NCBI GenBank assembly: GCA_964291405.2
Contig: OZ219926.1
Span: forward strand, 1,824,001 to 1,888,000
From: Thermodesulfobacteriota bacterium
Lineage (GTDB): Bacteria; Desulfobacterota; Binatia; Bin18
DNA: 64,000 nt
Reading direction: 5' to 3'
Numbering within the stretch: the stretch's first letter is position 1; every line of letters begins with the position of its first letter. Shown here piece by piece: positions 1 to 9,188 of this stretch. Below the pieces are notes generated by a model, which ran no database searches, was not told where the DNA came from, and was given only the letters and a program-made list of their open reading frames with translations. The translations under genes and the position numbers were made by a program.

Positions 1-273
1 GGTCTGAGCGCGGTCCCGCAGGCACCGATTGTTCCGTACGAGGCGGCTGCCGCGTTGGCTATGCTGCTCTTGCGGGATTATGGCATTCTGGCGGTTCATT
101 TCGCCGCCCTGCCACCCGGTACGGCCGATTTCCTGTTCAAGTTTATGCCGCCAGACACGGTAGAGCGATTCGGCGGGCCGGATGCTTTCGCCCAGGCTAT
201 TGATGCCTCACTGCACAAGCTGGCGGGCCTGGTCACCCGGCCCGAACATATGCGGCAACTCTTGTTCGGTTAA
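1..273 (+). CDS. C-terminal part of a PLP-dependent enzyme, probably MJ0158/SelA-like family (5' truncated by the window edge)
   Basis: Frame is open from base 1 (GLSAVPQAPIVPYEAAAALAMLLLRDYGILAVHFAALPPG...) to TAA at 271-273. Family recalled from the C-terminal sequence only. Confidence 0.45.
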   Translation, partial: GLSAVPQAPIVPYEAAAALAMLLLRDYGILAVHFAALPPGTADFLFKFMPPDTVERFGGPDAFAQAIDASLHKLAGLVTRPEHMRQLLFG

Positions 274-324
274 CACTCCAGCAGGCAAACAACACCGCGC
301 TCATTGGCCTAATGGGCCGCCACC

Positions 325-416
325 CCTCAAAACGGCTCCAACTGATCCGCGGTCTTTTTCCTCCGGGGCGGCGCCTGACTCCGGCGACGTTCGAGCAGTT
401 GTTCCTTAATATCGGC
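325..416 (-). repeat. Diverged duplicate of the last 29 codons plus stop of the EndoQ-UvrD gene (att-like island boundary)
   Basis: Ungapped match to 4397-4488, 76/92 identical by manual alignment. Encodes ADIKEQLLERRRSQAPPRRKKTADQLEPF* versus ADIEEHLLERRRSQLSARGKKKADQLELF*. Confidence 0.9.
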
Positions 417-626
417 CTATGGGCTTGGCCGATGCCTCTCTTGTGTGCTTGGCAGACTAGCTCGGAATACGAGATATCTTTACGCTTGACCGAAACGACT
501 TTCAGACTTATCGACTGCACGGCCTGCGTACGTTTCATCTCTGACCGTAATTTGACGGCTTAGAAACTGAACCAACCAATCAAGCCCCTTTACCTAAATC
601 GTTTCTGGGATAGCATCCCTCTTGCC

Positions 627-2195
627 TTACCCAGATTCTTCTGCGGTTGCAGGAGGCGGTGCACTGCTTGCAGCTTCACAGCCCGTAGTAGATACATTAT
701 TTAAGATTTCTTTAAGCCTTTCCAGATAGGTCGGATGTGATTCTTTGCCAAGGGCTTCTATGGCTTCTTTATTGTCTTCATTTACCTTAGAGAAGGCAGC
801 GATGGCGGCTCGGGTTCTTCGACCAAAGTCACCGTCGATATTAGTTTTTCCATCTTTACGGGTTTGCGCCAGACATCCCATGTCGACGAGGCGTTGCTGG
901 ACCTGGCTTACCTCATTGGATTCTTTCGGTTCGAATTTTGGCTCAATGTGAACCAACAGAGTTGCTCGCCCTCTACCAGAATCTTTGAGGCTCAAAGTAT
1001 AAGTCTCACGCTTGGCTTGGGCGGTCACGGTTATCTCCACCTCAGCATCGTCTGCGCTACCATAGTCATGATTCACGGGCTGGAGACTGACATCCACCCC
1101 AGGTGTCTGACCTATCCACCGAGCCGAGTAGGGAGGCACGCCACCGCTCAGATAGATTTTTGTGAGACGGTCAGGCGTCGCCGCACTGATATGGACACTA
1201 GAGGCTGGATCGACGCGAAACGTTAGGCCAGCCGAGGTTGCGTCAATCTGACTACATGCTTCGATTTGTTCACTATCTGGACCGGTATCGAGTCCAATCA
1301 GCATCTGTTCAATGACGGCGGTCTGCTCTTTAACGGCGTCAGCAGCATCTCGCAATGGGTTTAATATATGATCACTAAGTTTTGTTGTTAGCTCTCCGGG
1401 GGCGTCCAAAGGTTGGCCGGTGATCAGACCAGCCTGGATAGGAATAGTTTTAGACAACGTGGCGACGAGACTCGCTACATCCGGTTCGGATTCGGTTAGT
1501 GCTTTAGTGACTTTTGACCGGATGAGGTGAACCGCATCGTACAACGTGACGGCGGCTCGTTTCCGTAACGTTTTGACTGTACCACCTTTTTCCAGAGCTG
1601 CCTCAGCGTTACTGAAAATGATTCCTGCCCGGACAACGTCAGGACTCTCATCTCCCCGTTTCTTTTTGGCAATGTCAAGCTTCGTTTTCAGATCTGGTAA
1701 GGCATTGCGGAGTGTCGTCATTTTCATGTCTAGGTCACGATCGAAACCCGTACTATCTATAGCCCGTACGGGTCCGAATACTGTCAGGGTGCAGGTAAGA
1801 GCGTCGATACCAGCTTGATAAGCAAGCAGCTTTGGCCGCCCGTGTAGCCAATTACGCAGACTGTAGAGCCCAGCCCCACCGACGCCGAGGCCTGTGATAG
1901 CATCCGAGCTCCCGTTAGTAATACCTAGAACGAGTGCGGCTGCGGTTGATCCAATAAGAGTAGATCCTACCGCTCGGTTAAAGCCAGTGTGCTCGCGAAT
2001 GGCTTGATAATAGACCCCTCGGGTATCTTCGGCATATTTCACCGCATTCGTTAACGATTTGGTTTCCCTGAAGAGGTCATCCTTAGGCTCGACATATGGG
2101 TCCACGACAGCCATACACGAGGCTAAGACACACAGGAGTATTGCGAAAGCAATGAAGCTAGCAGTACAGTTGAACCAACGGGTATACATGTACAC
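627..2195 (-). CDS. Lipoprotein with helical N-terminal region and C-terminal peptidoglycan-binding-like domain
   Basis: 522-aa ORF (ATG at 2189 may be the true start). Hydrophobic leader with lipobox-like VLASC. C-terminal VSQVQQRLVDMG...IDGDFGRRTRAAIAAF resembles PG_binding_1. Confidence 0.65.
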   Translation of the reverse strand: MYMYTRWFNCTASFIAFAILLCVLASCMAVVDPYVEPKDDLFRETKSLTNAVKYAEDTRGVYYQAIREHTGFNRAVGSTLIGSTAAALVLGITNGSSDAITGLGVGGAGLYSLRNWLHGRPKLLAYQAGIDALTCTLTVFGPVRAIDSTGFDRDLDMKMTTLRNALPDLKTKLDIAKKKRGDESPDVVRAGIIFSNAEAALEKGGTVKTLRKRAAVTLYDAVHLIRSKVTKALTESEPDVASLVATLSKTIPIQAGLITGQPLDAPGELTTKLSDHILNPLRDAADAVKEQTAVIEQMLIGLDTGPDSEQIEACSQIDATSAGLTFRVDPASSVHISAATPDRLTKIYLSGGVPPYSARWIGQTPGVDVSLQPVNHDYGSADDAEVEITVTAQAKRETYTLSLKDSGRGRATLLVHIEPKFEPKESNEVSQVQQRLVDMGCLAQTRKDGKTNIDGDFGRRTRAAIAAFSKVNEDNKEAIEALGKESHPTYLERLKEILNNVSTTGCEAASSAPPPATAEESG

Positions 2196-2211
2196 TTCCC
2201 CTGCTGAGCTA

Positions 2212-3279
2212 TCAGGCGACTAGGGTTTGCAAAGCGTTTTTACGTTCTGCGTCGAAGCGATTCTGAACGGCCTTTTTCTCTCGTACAGTAGAACTCGTAA
2301 AGTAAATGTCGACTTTAGAGCGTTCATCGTAGATAGCATTAATAAGAGCTCTGTCAGAAGCCTGAAGGGCAGGACTTAAGGTATTAAGCGCACGGGTAAA
2401 AATATGGACACTACGAGGTCCGTGCTGGACACTGACCGACCAAGCCACATCGCGCAGGACTTTGGACCGTGTCGCGATATCAAAGCCATGGTGTCTGGAC
2501 AATGTGTTCACAAAGACGTCGTAGTGAGTAGCCTTGATATAGTCGTGTTGGGCTGTAGAGAAGGCAGGATCAGTGGCCAGTTCCTTCCACGCGGCTTGAA
2601 AGCTCGGGGTACCCGCACGCGCTTGGGCGTCACCGCCCGCGGCTTCAAGTTCGTCCGCAAAGGTCTGGTAAGCCATTCGTGTTTTAAGAAAGTCAATAAA
2701 GTCGCGGATTCGACGCTTATTGGAAGCCAGTTGGTAGAGGCCATAGGACCATCCTCCGTTTTTGTCACGGCCAATGGCAGCAGGATTTCCTCTAGATTCA
2801 TACCGGCGTGATAAGATTCCTAATTCTTCTTTGGGAGCGTGAATTAAATCGCCGGGTTTGAGGACGCAATTGCCATAGGCGGCTTTCTCAAAGGCAACCC
2901 CCATTTCCTGAGGCTCACACTTCCCTTGCCTAAAGAGTGCCCAATGAACCAGTTCGTGGAGGATGGTGGCTTCAATAAGTTTCTGTTTGTTTACATTGGT
3001 AGAGTCTTGCTCAAAATCATTAACCAATTTTTTGCCAAGATTGATAGTGTCGGGCAGACTCTCATCAAATTGACCATAAGACCCTTTTAGATCGTATATA
3101 AACAGCCGGGGACAGGTTCCAAATAGGAGAGCATTGCGGGCCGTTTCTTGGGGATACTGAGTGTGGCCTAAGAATGCCTCCCAGACTTGGGTTTTAGATT
3201 CGATCTGCGGCAATTCGGTTTTGACCCAGCTAGTCAATATTCGATAAGATTTTTGTTGGACCCCTAGTATCTTGACCAT
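2212..3279 (-). CDS. Two-domain enzyme: HEXXH zinc metallopeptidase (Tox-MPTase3-like) fused to a VgrG3-C-like lysozyme-type peptidoglycan hydrolase
   Basis: ATILHELVHW...EMGVAFEKAAYG motif, then LGILSRRYESRGNPAAIGRDKNGGWSYGLYQLAS...WSVSVQHGP. Strong AGGAG RBS. No signal peptide. Confidence 0.7.
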   Translation of the reverse strand: MVKILGVQQKSYRILTSWVKTELPQIESKTQVWEAFLGHTQYPQETARNALLFGTCPRLFIYDLKGSYGQFDESLPDTINLGKKLVNDFEQDSTNVNKQKLIEATILHELVHWALFRQGKCEPQEMGVAFEKAAYGNCVLKPGDLIHAPKEELGILSRRYESRGNPAAIGRDKNGGWSYGLYQLASNKRRIRDFIDFLKTRMAYQTFADELEAAGGDAQARAGTPSFQAAWKELATDPAFSTAQHDYIKATHYDVFVNTLSRHHGFDIATRSKVLRDVAWSVSVQHGPRSVHIFTRALNTLSPALQASDRALINAIYDERSKVDIYFTSSTVREKKAVQNRFDAERKNALQTLVA

Positions 3280-3375
3280 AGATACTTTCTCCTTTTTATG
3301 TTGATGACATCAACTATCCGTTCTGCCTTCCTCCTGCGTAATACAAATAATCTACACCTGTGGGCTGCTCTGCGA

Positions 3376-4272
3376 TTAGAGTCGGACTTTTGACGCACGC
3401 GCGTCTTCCAAAAGATCCAGGAGTTTCGGCCAAAAGTCTGGGGCGGCCTCGTCTCCTAATGTTGCGGTACGATCCTCCCCAACAATGTCTTCTGTAGTAA
3501 GAAAGCGTTCGATAGCCTCACGCGTCTTCGGACCGAGGAATCCATCGTCCAAACGTCGCCCATCTTCGCTCACAGGGGGCAAGTAGTTGAGCGTAATGAG
3601 ATGGGTTTGTACCTGTTGGATAGTGTGGTCTGAGCCTAAGGGGTGTTCGTCCGTATCGAGATTGTCACTCCTCGATTGAAGTGGCTCGATCTGTGGGCTT
3701 ACCTTGGAGCCAATCTCGTCTTCGCGTATCACCGGTTTGCTAGGCATAAACAAGTTATCAATCAAATCGCTGAGTTTGTCCGCAACTTGCCTGGAGAATA
3801 GTCCACTTAACCCTGCAAGAAGGATTACGAAATAGATGTGTGAAGGAATATTGAGTTCTAACTCTCCAAACACGCCAGCCCGGACTGCAACATAGACAAG
3901 CAAGGCTAACATCGTCCCGATTGGAATACGTACATAGAGCCACCACAACCAACTACGCACGAGCTGACGGTTGCCTGCAAATGTAGCAAACGATGTCATA
4001 GTATGAATGGCACTGCCTGTCGCTCCGGCGAGCACCACCAGCAGAAGCAACTGGCTTGGCGAGATGCAGTCGCTCAAACATGTTTCCGTCGTAGTTTGTT
4101 GAGCACCAACGGTTGGTAGAAACCACAGTAGGAGTCCCAGGATTACACCAGAGATGAGCATCAATGGAACCCCATATTTCCAGTAATCTTTGATCGCAAT
4201 ATAGACCCGCTTTGGGCGATACTCATCGACCTCGATGTTAGGCATGCTTAAATTGTCCGAGAAATTCTGCAT
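3376..4272 (-). CDS. Membrane protein (~4 TM) with C-terminal peptidoglycan-binding-like domain
   Basis: ORF 3376..4311; ATG 4272 has AGGAG 8 nt upstream. Hydrophobic segments GATGSAIH...VRIPIG...LAGLSGLFSRQVADKL. C-terminal IQQVQTHLITLNY...DDGFLGPKTREAIERF. Confidence 0.65.
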   Translation of the reverse strand: MQNFSDNLSMPNIEVDEYRPKRVYIAIKDYWKYGVPLMLISGVILGLLLWFLPTVGAQQTTTETCLSDCISPSQLLLLVVLAGATGSAIHTMTSFATFAGNRQLVRSWLWWLYVRIPIGTMLALLVYVAVRAGVFGELELNIPSHIYFVILLAGLSGLFSRQVADKLSDLIDNLFMPSKPVIREDEIGSKVSPQIEPLQSRSDNLDTDEHPLGSDHTIQQVQTHLITLNYLPPVSEDGRRLDDGFLGPKTREAIERFLTTEDIVGEDRTATLGDEAAPDFWPKLLDLLEDARASKVRL

Positions 4273-4396
4273 TATCTGTACTCCTAATGGGATATGAAGA
4301 GTTTCGATCACTTATTATTCTTTCGCATTCCAGATCAGTTCCTAGCTGAGAATGGTCTCCTCGAACTCATTATTGTCAACGGGGAAATGCCATCCA

Positions 4397-4488
4397 CCTC
4401 AAAACAGCTCCAACTGATCCGCTTTCTTCTTCCCCCGTGCACTCAACTGACTCCGACGACGTTCGAGGAGGTGTTCCTCAATATCGGC
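4397..4488 (-). repeat. In-gene copy of the duplicated 3' end (att-like island boundary)
   Basis: Matches 325-416. Similarity stops abruptly at the shared GCCGATATT (minus strand) end. Confidence 0.9.
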
Positions 4489-7400
4489 TAAATACGGGGA
4501 GGGTGACATGGGTTGCATCATCCCACGCCAGCGGCGTTTCTGTGCATGACACAGATAGAGTTTGGTTTTTGCCCGCGTGACGCCGACGTAGAACAGACGG
4601 CGCTCTTCCTCAAGGTCGGCAGCTTCGGCCTTGCCCCAGGTCAGCGGGAGAATGCCATCTTCACAGCCAACGATAAAAACAACGGGGAATTCCAAACCCT
4701 TGGCGGCGTGGAGGGTGAGTAAGGAAATCCGGTCGGCGCGTGGGTCCCAGGTATCGACCTGCGTTTCGAGCGCAAGGGCGGAGAGAAATCGATCCAGATC
4801 GTCCCCACACTCCTGAGCGACGGGTTGCAGGAGTTCAAGGGCCGCTCTTGTCTCCTCTCCTGCCCCAGTGGCCTCAGTTTTTTCACACGCGGCTTCAAGC
4901 CGCGCAACCAGAGTACCGTCGCCGGGCTGTTCGCGCAGAGTGTCGATCAGTATCGCCATACCAGGATGGTCGAGCAGCCGCGTATGGGCGTGTTTCTGAA
5001 ACGGCATACCCGAACGGTGGAGGGCTTCAACAACCGCCTCTGCTTGGGCTTCGGTTCGGTACAGCACGACGATGTCAGAAAAGGAGACGGCCCGGTCTTC
5101 GGCGTCTCGGGATCGACCGCTATCGATCGAAAAGAAGCTGTGTCCACCCAGCAGCGTTTCGATTGAGTGCACGACGAACTCGGCCTCGGCCTTCTCCGTC
5201 CGCGCCTCATGCAGCGTGATTAAACTTGGGGTGTCGGCAAGAACCGGAGTGGATTTCTGCTCAGACCCGGACGGTGCAATGACCTGGGAAGAGAGATGGA
5301 CGATGTTACTGTCAGACCGATAATTCCGCGTCAGGCGGACTACCTGCGTACCGGGGAAATCAGTAGTGAACTGGGCGAAGAAACGGACGTCCGCCCCACG
5401 GAAACGATAGATCGCCTGATCCGGATCGCCAATCGCACAGATGTTACCGTCGGACGGCACGAGCAGCTTGATGAGACGGGCCTGCTGCTCGTCCACGTCC
5501 TGATATTCGTCAATACACACCCATTGGTAGCGCTCACGATAGACGTCACGCAGGCCGGAGTCGGCCTCGAAGGCCTGGATCGTGCGGCCAATCAGATCAT
5601 CGAAGTCGACCAGATTCCGCGCGTCCAATTCCCGTTGGTATCGGTGATAGACTTCGGCCTGCCGAGCCTCAGCCGGCGCCTGTCCCGTTCGTTTTGCCAC
5701 CGAAATGGCTGACAGCAGGCTGCGTGTCCGGCGAGCCGAGACGCCAAGTGTTTCGCGCAGCAGATGTTGACGCTCCGCGTCTGACGCGACCCGAAAGCCC
5801 CGTTGGAGACCTGCCGCGTTCCAATGTTCCTGGAGAACGGACAGGCCCAAAGCGTGAAATGTAAAAAGCGGAATCGTATCGGCAACAGCGGGCAGAAGAC
5901 GGTGTAAGCGTTCGCGCATTTCGTCCGCAGCTCGGCGGGTAAACGTGATGGCCAAGCAGTGTTCGGGACGGACGCGGTGGGTGCGGATGAGATGGGCGAT
6001 ACGATGTGTGAGAGTGCGCGTTTTTCCAGAACCCGGTCCGGCAACAATCAGCAGCGGGCCTGCTATAATCTCGGCGGCCCTCCGCTGGTCGCTATCAAGT
6101 CCGGCTAAGATATCTGCGGACGGCACCGCTGTTGTATCGTCTGAAGGTGCAGGAGACACGCTGGGAGTATGGGTTAGTGCAGCGTCTGCTTTTCGCCGTG
6201 TCGCTCTTCTCTGCTTGGGACTGTCCACTACACGCACATCGGTCGACGTATTTTCCTGCTTGGTCTGGAGTGGGGGCTCCTGTGTGAACAACGACGCGCC
6301 GCTCGTCTTTTGGCGCAGCTCTTCCTCCCGGAACAGCCTGATTGTTCCGTACACACCGTCATAACCAGCTTCGCGGATCACTTCTTGTTTGCGCAGTCGG
6401 GAGATGGCTTCCGCAATAAGCGTGTCTCCGCCTTTCCGAATCTCTTCTAGCGGAATATCGTTGATCAATTGCAGTTCGGGCCCAAGGTGGTTGAGTAAGC
6501 CCTCGTAGTAGTGGCCCACCTTTTTACTCTTCGGACCTACATGCAGAATCTCGGATAACATCTCGGGGAGAGGAACAAGGCTCTGGACCGCGCCGGCAGT
6601 CTCGGGCTGAGTGTCGTCTTCACGGTCGGCCAAATCGTCCACCCGGTGCATCACGCCCACCGTCAGCGGCTTGCCACACGCAGGACAACGGCCCTCAAAT
6701 TGTTTGGTCTGGTGCGGTAGGAGGCGGACCAGACAATTTCGATGCCCGTCCAGGTGGTATTTGCCCTCTTCAGGAAAAAACTCGATCGTGCCCTGATACC
6801 CCTGTCCGGTCTCCAGGGCGCGACGGATCGAGAAATAGTCAAGCTCCGTATCAAACACACAGGCTTCGCGCCCGAGCTTCTCCGGCGAGTGTGCATCGGA
6901 GTTTGACACCAACCGGAAGCGATCTAGAGACGACACCCGCCAGTTCATCTCCGGGTCCGACGACAAGCCCGTCTCCACCGCAAAGATATGGGGAGCCAGG
7001 TCAGCGTAACACTCGTCTATGGCATCAAAACCGGACTTTGAGCCCAGCGCGGCAAACCACGGTGTCCAGATATGGGCCGGGACGAGATACGAGCCAGGGT
7101 CCGACTCCAACGTGATTTCCAAGAGGTGGCGGGAGTCCAGCCCCAGGATAGGTCTGCCGTCCGACTTCACATTCCCGATCCTGGACAACCGTTCGGTCAT
7201 CCTTTCCACTGCCGAAAAGTTTGGGGCGTATAACAAATGGTGAATCTTTCGGGTCTTGTCGCCCTTTTTGTAGATCGTCGAGATTTCAACCGAGAGCATG
7301 AAACGTGTCGTACCCTGGCACGCTGACGGTAGCATCTGGGCGACTTCTTTTTCCAGCTCGGGGCGGAGGCGGAACAGGCCCGGCTCGGCAGGTACCAACT

Positions 7401-7563
7401 GCTCCTTGAGTTCGGCCTGCCAGACCGGATGGGTGAAGTCCCCGGTGCCGACGACCGTGATACCCTTTTTCCTGGCCCAGTAGGCAAGATGTTTTAAATC
7501 ACAGTTTTTACTGGTGGCGCGGGAATATTTGGAATGAATGTGCAGATCAGCATAAAAGGCCAT
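4399..7563 (-). CDS. Endonuclease Q (PHP family) fused to a UvrD/PcrA-like SF1 helicase
   Basis: N-terminal DLHIHSKYSRATS, GTGDFTHP, SNSDAHS, GKYHLDGHRNC and CPACGK zinc site. C-terminal AGPGSGKT, DEYQD, IGDPDQAIYRFRGA, LTRNYRS, TLHAAKGLEF, EERRLFYVGVTRA. Confidence 0.93.
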   Translation of the reverse strand: MAFYADLHIHSKYSRATSKNCDLKHLAYWARKKGITVVGTGDFTHPVWQAELKEQLVPAEPGLFRLRPELEKEVAQMLPSACQGTTRFMLSVEISTIYKKGDKTRKIHHLLYAPNFSAVERMTERLSRIGNVKSDGRPILGLDSRHLLEITLESDPGSYLVPAHIWTPWFAALGSKSGFDAIDECYADLAPHIFAVETGLSSDPEMNWRVSSLDRFRLVSNSDAHSPEKLGREACVFDTELDYFSIRRALETGQGYQGTIEFFPEEGKYHLDGHRNCLVRLLPHQTKQFEGRCPACGKPLTVGVMHRVDDLADREDDTQPETAGAVQSLVPLPEMLSEILHVGPKSKKVGHYYEGLLNHLGPELQLINDIPLEEIRKGGDTLIAEAISRLRKQEVIREAGYDGVYGTIRLFREEELRQKTSGASLFTQEPPLQTKQENTSTDVRVVDSPKQRRATRRKADAALTHTPSVSPAPSDDTTAVPSADILAGLDSDQRRAAEIIAGPLLIVAGPGSGKTRTLTHRIAHLIRTHRVRPEHCLAITFTRRAADEMRERLHRLLPAVADTIPLFTFHALGLSVLQEHWNAAGLQRGFRVASDAERQHLLRETLGVSARRTRSLLSAISVAKRTGQAPAEARQAEVYHRYQRELDARNLVDFDDLIGRTIQAFEADSGLRDVYRERYQWVCIDEYQDVDEQQARLIKLLVPSDGNICAIGDPDQAIYRFRGADVRFFAQFTTDFPGTQVVRLTRNYRSDSNIVHLSSQVIAPSGSEQKSTPVLADTPSLITLHEARTEKAEAEFVVHSIETLLGGHSFFSIDSGRSRDAEDRAVSFSDIVVLYRTEAQAEAVVEALHRSGMPFQKHAHTRLLDHPGMAILIDTLREQPGDGTLVARLEAACEKTEATGAGEETRAALELLQPVAQECGDDLDRFLSALALETQVDTWDPRADRISLLTLHAAKGLEFPVVFIVGCEDGILPLTWGKAEAADLEEERRLFYVGVTRAKTKLYLCHAQKRRWRGMMQPMSPSPYLADIEEHLLERRRSQLSARGKKKADQLELF

Positions 7564-7676
7564 GGGCCGCCCTCCCCTCCTACCCGGTCCGGGGATTATC
7601 CACTGAGAGAAGGAGGGAGGTCAACGGCCTGTATTCCAGAACGGCAAGGGGAGCGGATTTCCGGGCCTTGAGGACC

Positions 7677-9092
7677 TTACCGGCCCAGTGCTCTATAGTG
7701 TTCAGCCAGCACGCGGGCCACACACGCAGTCAGCCGTTTGCCCATCGAGAGTTCCAGAAACTCATTCGGTCCGTGCGCGTTCGAGTGTGGCCCGAGCACA
7801 CCGGTAATCATGAACTGGGCGGTGGGGAATTTTTCACCCAGCATGGCCATAAATGGGATCGTCCCGCCCTCGCCTATGGCACACATGTCTCTGCCGAAAA
7901 ACTCCCGCGAGGCACTCTGCAAGGCAGTCTCCAGCCACGGAGCGGGCGGGGGGGCGTTCCAGCCGCCCGCCGCCCATTCGGGCTCAAAGGATACCTGTGC
8001 ACCATAGGGCGGGTCATTCTCCAGGAGCTGTTGCAACGCGGCTGAAGCCGCGTTCGCGTCCAGGGTCGGTGGAATCCGCAGCGACACCTTGGCCGCGGTA
8101 ACGGGCCGCAGGACATTACCGGCTTGCTCAAGCGCGGGCAGACCAGCCGCACCGGTAATTTCGAGTTGAGGCCGCCAGGTCCGGTTGAGCAGGAGCTGAC
8201 GGATATCGTCCGTCACTGCCTGGGCTCCGGGATGAAAAGGAAATTCTGCTGAGGCGGTCTGCCCCAACACGGTCGCGGTTGTTCGGGCCTGTTGCAGTCG
8301 TTCGTCCGGTATTTCAACCTGAAATTCGGGCGGCAGGACCTCTCCGGTTCGTTCGTCTTCGAGGCGGCTCAGGAGTTGGCGCAGAATACGAAAGCTTGAA
8401 GGAACGATGCCGCTGGCTGCGCCTGAGTGAACTCCTTCGGTGAGAGTAGAAACGGACAGATTTCCTGACACCAGGCCGCGTAAAGAAGTCGTAATCCAGA
8501 GCTGGTCGTAGTTGCCACAGCCCGAGTCAAGGCAGACGACGAAGCTGGGCGTACCGATGCGGTCGGCCAGGGCATCCATATAATAGGGCAAATCTCCACT
8601 GCCACTCTCCTCGCAGGCTTCGATAATGACCACACAGCGGGCAACCGGAACGCCCTGACGCTTGAGCGCCGCAATGGCGGTCAGGGAAGCACAGGCTGCA
8701 TAACCATCGTCGGCGCCTCCACGCCCGTATAGCTTGCCGTCTCTCAGCACCGGCTGCCACGGGCCGAGCCCGTCATGCCAGCCGTCCATGGGCGGCTGCT
8801 TATCCAGGTGACCGTAGAGCAGCACGGTTTCGGCCGAATCGCCCGGAACCTCGATAAAGAGTAAGGGCGTACGGCCTTCAAGCCGGACCACCTCAAGACT
8901 CAGACCGGGAACCGCTTGGCCGCGAATCCAGCCGGCGATGAGTTCGACAGCCTGATCCAGATAGCCGTTCGTCTGCCAGTCCGGATCGTAGGCTGGGGAT
9001 TGGTTAGGGATGGCTAGGTATTCTGTCAGGGTGGGGGTAATACTGTTATCCCAGGTGGATTCGACAAATTGCCAGGTTTTTTGGGTATCCAT
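7677..9092 (-). CDS. M20/M25/M40 family metallopeptidase (dipeptidase-like)
   Basis: YGHLDKQPP, GRGGADDG, EACEESGS, HSNAHGPNE motifs. ATG 9092 preferred over TTG 9128. Confidence 0.9.
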   Translation of the reverse strand: MDTQKTWQFVESTWDNSITPTLTEYLAIPNQSPAYDPDWQTNGYLDQAVELIAGWIRGQAVPGLSLEVVRLEGRTPLLFIEVPGDSAETVLLYGHLDKQPPMDGWHDGLGPWQPVLRDGKLYGRGGADDGYAACASLTAIAALKRQGVPVARCVVIIEACEESGSGDLPYYMDALADRIGTPSFVVCLDSGCGNYDQLWITTSLRGLVSGNLSVSTLTEGVHSGAASGIVPSSFRILRQLLSRLEDERTGEVLPPEFQVEIPDERLQQARTTATVLGQTASAEFPFHPGAQAVTDDIRQLLLNRTWRPQLEITGAAGLPALEQAGNVLRPVTAAKVSLRIPPTLDANAASAALQQLLENDPPYGAQVSFEPEWAAGGWNAPPPAPWLETALQSASREFFGRDMCAIGEGGTIPFMAMLGEKFPTAQFMITGVLGPHSNAHGPNEFLELSMGKRLTACVARVLAEHYRALGR

Positions 9093-9188
9093 ACGGGAAT
9101 TGTAACCGGCTGTCGGGTCCGTTGCCAATCCGGTCTAGCCGTCCGGCCCCCAACTCGGTAAGCTGACAGTCTCAAGGAGGTTGACGCT

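Larger units (their letters stand above)
417..4396 (-). mobile_element. Small genomic islet inserted at the 3' end of the EndoQ-UvrD gene; no integrase visible
   Basis: Bounded by the 92-bp direct repeat, visibly more AT-rich than the flanks, and carries three co-oriented accessory genes. Confidence 0.75.

Noticed and set aside
233-563. ORFs 233..538(-) and 312..563(+) at the island edge
   Set aside because: They run across the duplicated helicase tail in other frames and show no recognisable motif or RBS. The similarity of 312..563 to 4294..4491 just reflects the DNA repeat.
417-4396. Prophage or IS interpretation of the islet
   Set aside because: No integrase, transposase, structural or replication gene lies between the repeats.
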